The notes under the pieces are model-generated. The model was not told the DNA's origin. It made no database searches and saw only the letters and a list, made by a program, of their open reading frames with translations. The position numbers and the translations under genes were made by a program. From positions 116,252,001 through 116,316,000 of the forward strand of contig NC_086097.1 in NCBI RefSeq assembly GCF_963921235.1: DNA of 64,000 nucleotides. Reading direction: 5' to 3'. The DNA is from Mobula hypostoma. Taxonomy: Eukaryota. Shown here piece by piece: positions 62,690-64,000 of the stretch. Position 1 is the first letter of the stretch. Each line of letters starts with the position of its first letter.

Positions 62690-63615
62690 TTTCAAAGTCA
62701 AAGTCAAGTGTATGCACAGCACATGCACACACACGTGCAATAAAAACCTTGCATGCAGCACCACAGGCACAAAGCAGATAAGCAGCATTTACAAGAACAA
62801 ACACAAATTAAATTTAAATTATCCACAATTCTTACATGGCAGAACACAAGCTGAACAAAACAAAAACAATGTCCATTTCAGTGCAGTAGTCAAAGTTGTC
62901 ATAGTTTTGCTGAACTGGAGCAATTAGGGTTTTGTTGGCTGTTTCATGAACCAGATGATTGAAGTAGCTGTTCTTGAACCTGATGGTGTGGAACGTCAGA
63001 CTTCTGTGCCTTCTGCCTGATGGTAGCAATCAGAAGCTGTCATGGCCTGGTTGGACGTTGCCTTCATGAGACGGGTACTACCAATGGTGGGAGGGGTGTG
63101 CCTGTGATGTATTGGGTAAAGTCTGTTACTCTCTGGAGCTTCTTACATTTCCGCACATTCAAATTGTTGTACCAGGCCATGATGCAATCAGTCAGGATGA
63201 ATTCAACGGTATATCTGTAGAAGTTTTCTGGTGTGTTCGGTGACAAGACAAACCTCTTTAACTTCCTAAGAAGGTAAGGATGCTGGCACATGGTGTTAGC
63301 TGTGTACTGGGCCCAGGATAGGTCATCTGATATGTAAAGACCCAGGAATTTTAAGTTACTAGCTCTCTCCACCTCTGATTGCTACCCCCCACCCAGTGTA
63401 GTCTGGTGCATACTAATCCTCCTGCCCTTCCTGAAGCCGAGAATCAGCTCTTTAGTTTTGCTGGTGTTGAGTGAGAAGATGTTGTTACAGCACCTGTCAA
63501 CCAAGTGACCGATCTCTAATAAGCTGACTCACCACCATCTGTGATTCATCCAACAACGTTACCACCTTCAGTGAATTTGTACATGTCATTGCAACTATGC
63601 TTAGCCACACAGTGA
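62690..63615 (-). mobile_element. Rex1/Babar-like LINE 3' fragment
   Basis: ERASNLKFLGLYISDDLSW..LRKLKRF..NFYRYTVE; LPSGRRHRSL..RFKNSY. Confidence 0.8.
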
Positions 63616-64000
63616 TGGAAGACCCAGGTCAAATGGGTGACCTTGGTCCAAGTCTTCTATCAGACACCATGATCAATATCCCCTCTATTATAACAAAAGC
63701 CTCTGCCCCTCAGGCACTAGAATACATCAACATGCATCTACTACAAATTACAATAAAGGCTGAGTAACCCAAATTTTGATCTTCTGATAATAAAAGGACA
63801 ATGCAGGAAGTTAAAAATCACTGCAGAGCAAACTTTTCCCCTGATACTATCAAATTATGGCAATGGAACAAATATAAATAGGTACTTGATGGTCAACTTG
63901 GATATAGTCAAAAGGGCCATTTCTGTGCTACATGACTATCACTGTAGTCTTTTCTAGACAAAGATACAAGGCAGTAATCTGGTCATGTGAGACGTCAATT

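Noticed and set aside
472..63372. Remaining short ORFs of the six-frame track as host genes
   Set aside because: They are antisense or off-frame readings of repeats, or chance ORFs with no recognisable domain

Overview
Eukaryotic, AT-rich, repeat-dominated DNA that looks intronic or intergenic. The repeat mix (CR1 LINEs, Rex1/Babar-like LINEs, V-domain tRNA-SINEs, Penelope-like elements) suggests a cartilaginous fish, probably a ray; this is inference. I recognise no intact host protein-coding gene. Supported contents: many truncated and nested CR1 and Rex-like fragments; a nearly intact 5'-truncated Penelope-like element (PLE; RT + GIY-YIG, 10-bp TSD); a four-segment rearranged PLE insertion; a twin-primed L1; an RLE-type (HERO/NeSL-like) fragment; an RTE fragment; hAT and Tc1 derivatives; solo LTRs; an RPL7 processed pseudogene; and a ~35-copy 18-bp minisatellite. 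The most interesting signal is PLE-derived. About ten intact-to-decayed minimal hammerhead-ribozyme motifs occur in the window. There are also several 140-180 bp fold-back insertions with 13-14 bp TSD-like flanks, built from the PLE terminus, and in two of them the hairpin axis lies at or next to the predicted ribozyme cleavage site. Boundaries of old repeats were read by eye and are approximate.
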